A stretch of 56,313 nt of DNA from a virus (taxonomy: Duplodnaviria; Caudoviricetes), in IMG/VR virus record IMGVR_UViG_3300012172_000001, positions 1-56,313 of that record; one strand, given 5' to 3'. Numbering within the stretch: the stretch's first letter is position 1; every line of letters starts with the position of its first letter. Made by a program: the position numbers and the translations under genes. The notes below the pieces were generated by a model that saw only the letters and a program-made list of their open reading frames with translations, ran no database searches and had not been told where the DNA came from. Below, one piece after another: positions 54,443 through 56,313 of this stretch.

Positions 54443-56313
54443 ATGACAACTCCGAATTTGCCGCAGTTTAATCCCGGCGGGCAGATGACCCACAACATCC
54501 CGCCGCAGTCCTATTCATCTCCGTTCGTCCCCGACTGGTTCACGGAGTCGTATGTAACCGGCATCGACCGTGAAATGATGGGCTGGCTGACGGCTCAGGG
54601 ATGGCAGGTGGCGTCAGTCTCTTACGACAGCAGCACTTCACCGCCGACGCCCCAATACTCGATGGCCAAGCGGAGCATGAACAATTGGCTCATCCTCCAG
54701 CAGTTGATGAACACGCTGACGGTCGCCTTCAACGAAGGCCGCGGGATGAACTATCTCCGCTACAGAGATATTGTCACCGTCTGGAATCGCGCCTTTGCGC
54801 AATCGCAGCAGCATTACGACAGCATGAACGCCAAGTCGGATGCCGACGTGGTGGTTTACATGTCCGCGTTCACGAACGATCTGGACGCCATCTCAACCCA
54901 AATAGGACTGGCCCGCAGTGAGGCGCTGGCCGAGTCCGGTAGGGTTGCGGTTCAGCTCGACGCCTATGTAAACAAGCTCACCGAGATTGAAGAAAACTAC
55001 GAGGGCCACTCGGCAACTATCTCGACATTGCTAACGCAGCAGAGTGACGCCTTGGCGGTTTATTTGGCCGATTTCGGCGCTGAACTTGACGCACTGGACG
55101 CGGAATACCTGACACACACGGGAACGCTCGATGATCTTCTGGCCGGAATGACGAGCGACCTGGAAAGTCATATTGCCGAGCAACTGTCCCTGACCGACAC
55201 GCTGCTGACCGACTACACGGCCCACGCTTCCGCCATCAATGCGCTGAAGACCAGCGCCCAAGCGGTGCTGACGGCCCACGGCGCCCAAGTCGAGACGCTA
55301 CTGACCACGATCCTGTCCGACTACAACTCTCTGTCCAGCTCAATCGGTGCGCTGATTACCAGCATCCAAAGCGCCTTCAACAGCCATCAGGTCAGCTACG
55401 AAGAAATCCTGTCCTCGTTGACGGCCGACTTCACGACCCACGCCAGCACGGCCCGCGCCTTTCTGACCGACCTGGGCGTGACGGAACTGGCCAGGATCAA
55501 CGAAGCCTTCGACGCCCGATTGTCGGAAGTCGCGCAAAATCTGGTCGATCGTGGGTTCTATTCGTCGGCAGTCCTGAACGACCACCAGGATCGCGTCGAG
55601 CGGGAGAGGAGCCAGGCCATCGTGGAACTGAACGACCGGCTGGCTCGGGAGAAGCTGACGAACCAGCATCAGCTATTCGAGCAGCAGGACAAGATGCGCG
55701 CCCGCAGCATGGAGGGCCGAGACCGCCTGCATGGAATTCAGCAAGACGTGCTCCGGTATCGAGCCCAGTCAGCGCATCAGTTGTTCGGGGAACTGCAAAC
55801 CGTTAGGGACCGCACGCTGGCGGCGCGAACAACGGTGTACGGACTCAAGGATCAGTTCACCCGCTTCCAAACGGAAGTCGCCTCGAATCTCGAAAGCCGT
55901 CTGACGGCGGTTAGAACCCGGACGATGGAGGCCGTGGATCGCGTCCAGGCGTTGCGGGACGCCCTCGATCGAGTGAAGCTCCAAAACGCAAGCCAGGTAT
56001 TCGCGGAATTGTCCGCCATTCGCCGGCAACAAATCGAGCAGACGGTTCAATCTCACGCCACCGAGCAGGAAGTCACGCGCAACGAGACGGCCCAGCGCGA
56101 TAAGTTGCTGGCCCAACTCAACGAAGCGGTGGCCGGCGTGCTCGACGGCAGGGCGAAATACTCGGCGATGAGCCTGCAAAAAGGACAATACCTCTGCGAC
56201 ATGCGGGTAAAGCTCAATGTGCAGCTCATGGAAATCGCCGCCCGCAGGTTGCAGGCGCAGCAGGGCACGTCTCAGGCCGAACTCGAATTGATGAAGTACC
56301 AAGTCGATAGCCG
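54443..56313 (+). CDS. Long coiled-coil virion protein (665 aa in the circular genome, ending at 250); not in the ORF track
   Basis: AAGGAA ribosome-binding site; frame MTTPNLPQF... reads open to the window end and joins 11..250 through the 123-bp overlap. Confidence 0.85.
   Translation, partial: MTTPNLPQFNPGGQMTHNIPPQSYSSPFVPDWFTESYVTGIDREMMGWLTAQGWQVASVSYDSSTSPPTPQYSMAKRSMNNWLILQQLMNTLTVAFNEGRGMNYLRYRDIVTVWNRAFAQSQQHYDSMNAKSDADVVVYMSAFTNDLDAISTQIGLARSEALAESGRVAVQLDAYVNKLTEIEENYEGHSATISTLLTQQSDALAVYLADFGAELDALDAEYLTHTGTLDDLLAGMTSDLESHIAEQLSLTDTLLTDYTAHASAINALKTSAQAVLTAHGAQVETLLTTILSDYNSLSSSIGALITSIQSAFNSHQVSYEEILSSLTADFTTHASTARAFLTDLGVTELARINEAFDARLSEVAQNLVDRGFYSSAVLNDHQDRVERERSQAIVELNDRLAREKLTNQHQLFEQQDKMRARSMEGRDRLHGIQQDVLRYRAQSAHQLFGELQTVRDRTLAARTTVYGLKDQFTRFQTEVASNLESRLTAVRTRTMEAVDRVQALRDALDRVKLQNASQVFAELSAIRRQQIEQTVQSHATEQEVTRNETAQRDKLLAQLNEAVAGVLDGRAKYSAMSLQKGQYLCDMRVKLNVQLMEIAARRLQAQQGTSQAELELMKYQVDS
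56191..56313 (+). repeat. Terminal direct repeat, right copy
   Basis: Identical to 1-123. Confidence 0.98.

Larger units (their letters stand above)
1..56313. mobile_element. Complete circular temperate tailed-phage genome, podovirus-like (unit length 56,190 bp)
   Basis: Exact 123-bp overlap between the ends; terminase, portal, scaffold, capsid, integrase plus attP and recombination genes all present; no host housekeeping genes seen. Confidence 0.93.

Noticed and set aside
1-56313. CRISPR array, rRNA, retron, group II intron or stop-codon reassignment
   Set aside because: No spaced repeat array, rRNA or reverse-transcriptase motif seen; genes are intact in the standard code and end in TAA, TAG and TGA

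Overview
This window is an apparently complete, circularly permuted temperate phage genome of 56,190 bp; bases 1-123 are repeated exactly at 56191-56313. It is GC-rich and podovirus-like: terminase, portal, scaffold, major capsid, adaptor-like, nozzle-like and large ejection-type proteins are present, with no recognisable tape measure, tail tube or sheath. The minus-strand arm (about 9.6-26.8 kb) carries an XRE regulator, Sak/Rad52-like recombinase, 5'-3' exonuclease, HNH protein, a CsrA homologue missed by the ORF track, a T5orf172 protein, SF2 helicase, adenine methyltransferase and DUF1643. It ends in a cassette of a secreted protein, two unrelated proteases sharing one C-terminal domain, and an O-methyltransferase. 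An attP-like 3' part of tRNA-Arg(ACG) lies beside an atypical tyrosine recombinase, and a serine resolvase sits between the putative terS and terL. The most striking system is in the virion module: three glycosyltransferases (one with the motif layout of polypeptide GalNAc-transferases) and a methyltransferase, flanked by two Ser/Pro/Thr-rich proteins that both end in SSSPSAT. This suggests a phage-encoded mucin-type O-glycosylation system for the virion. A Planctomycetota host is only a tentative impression from gene content. All calls come from reading motifs by eye; no searches or computations were run.
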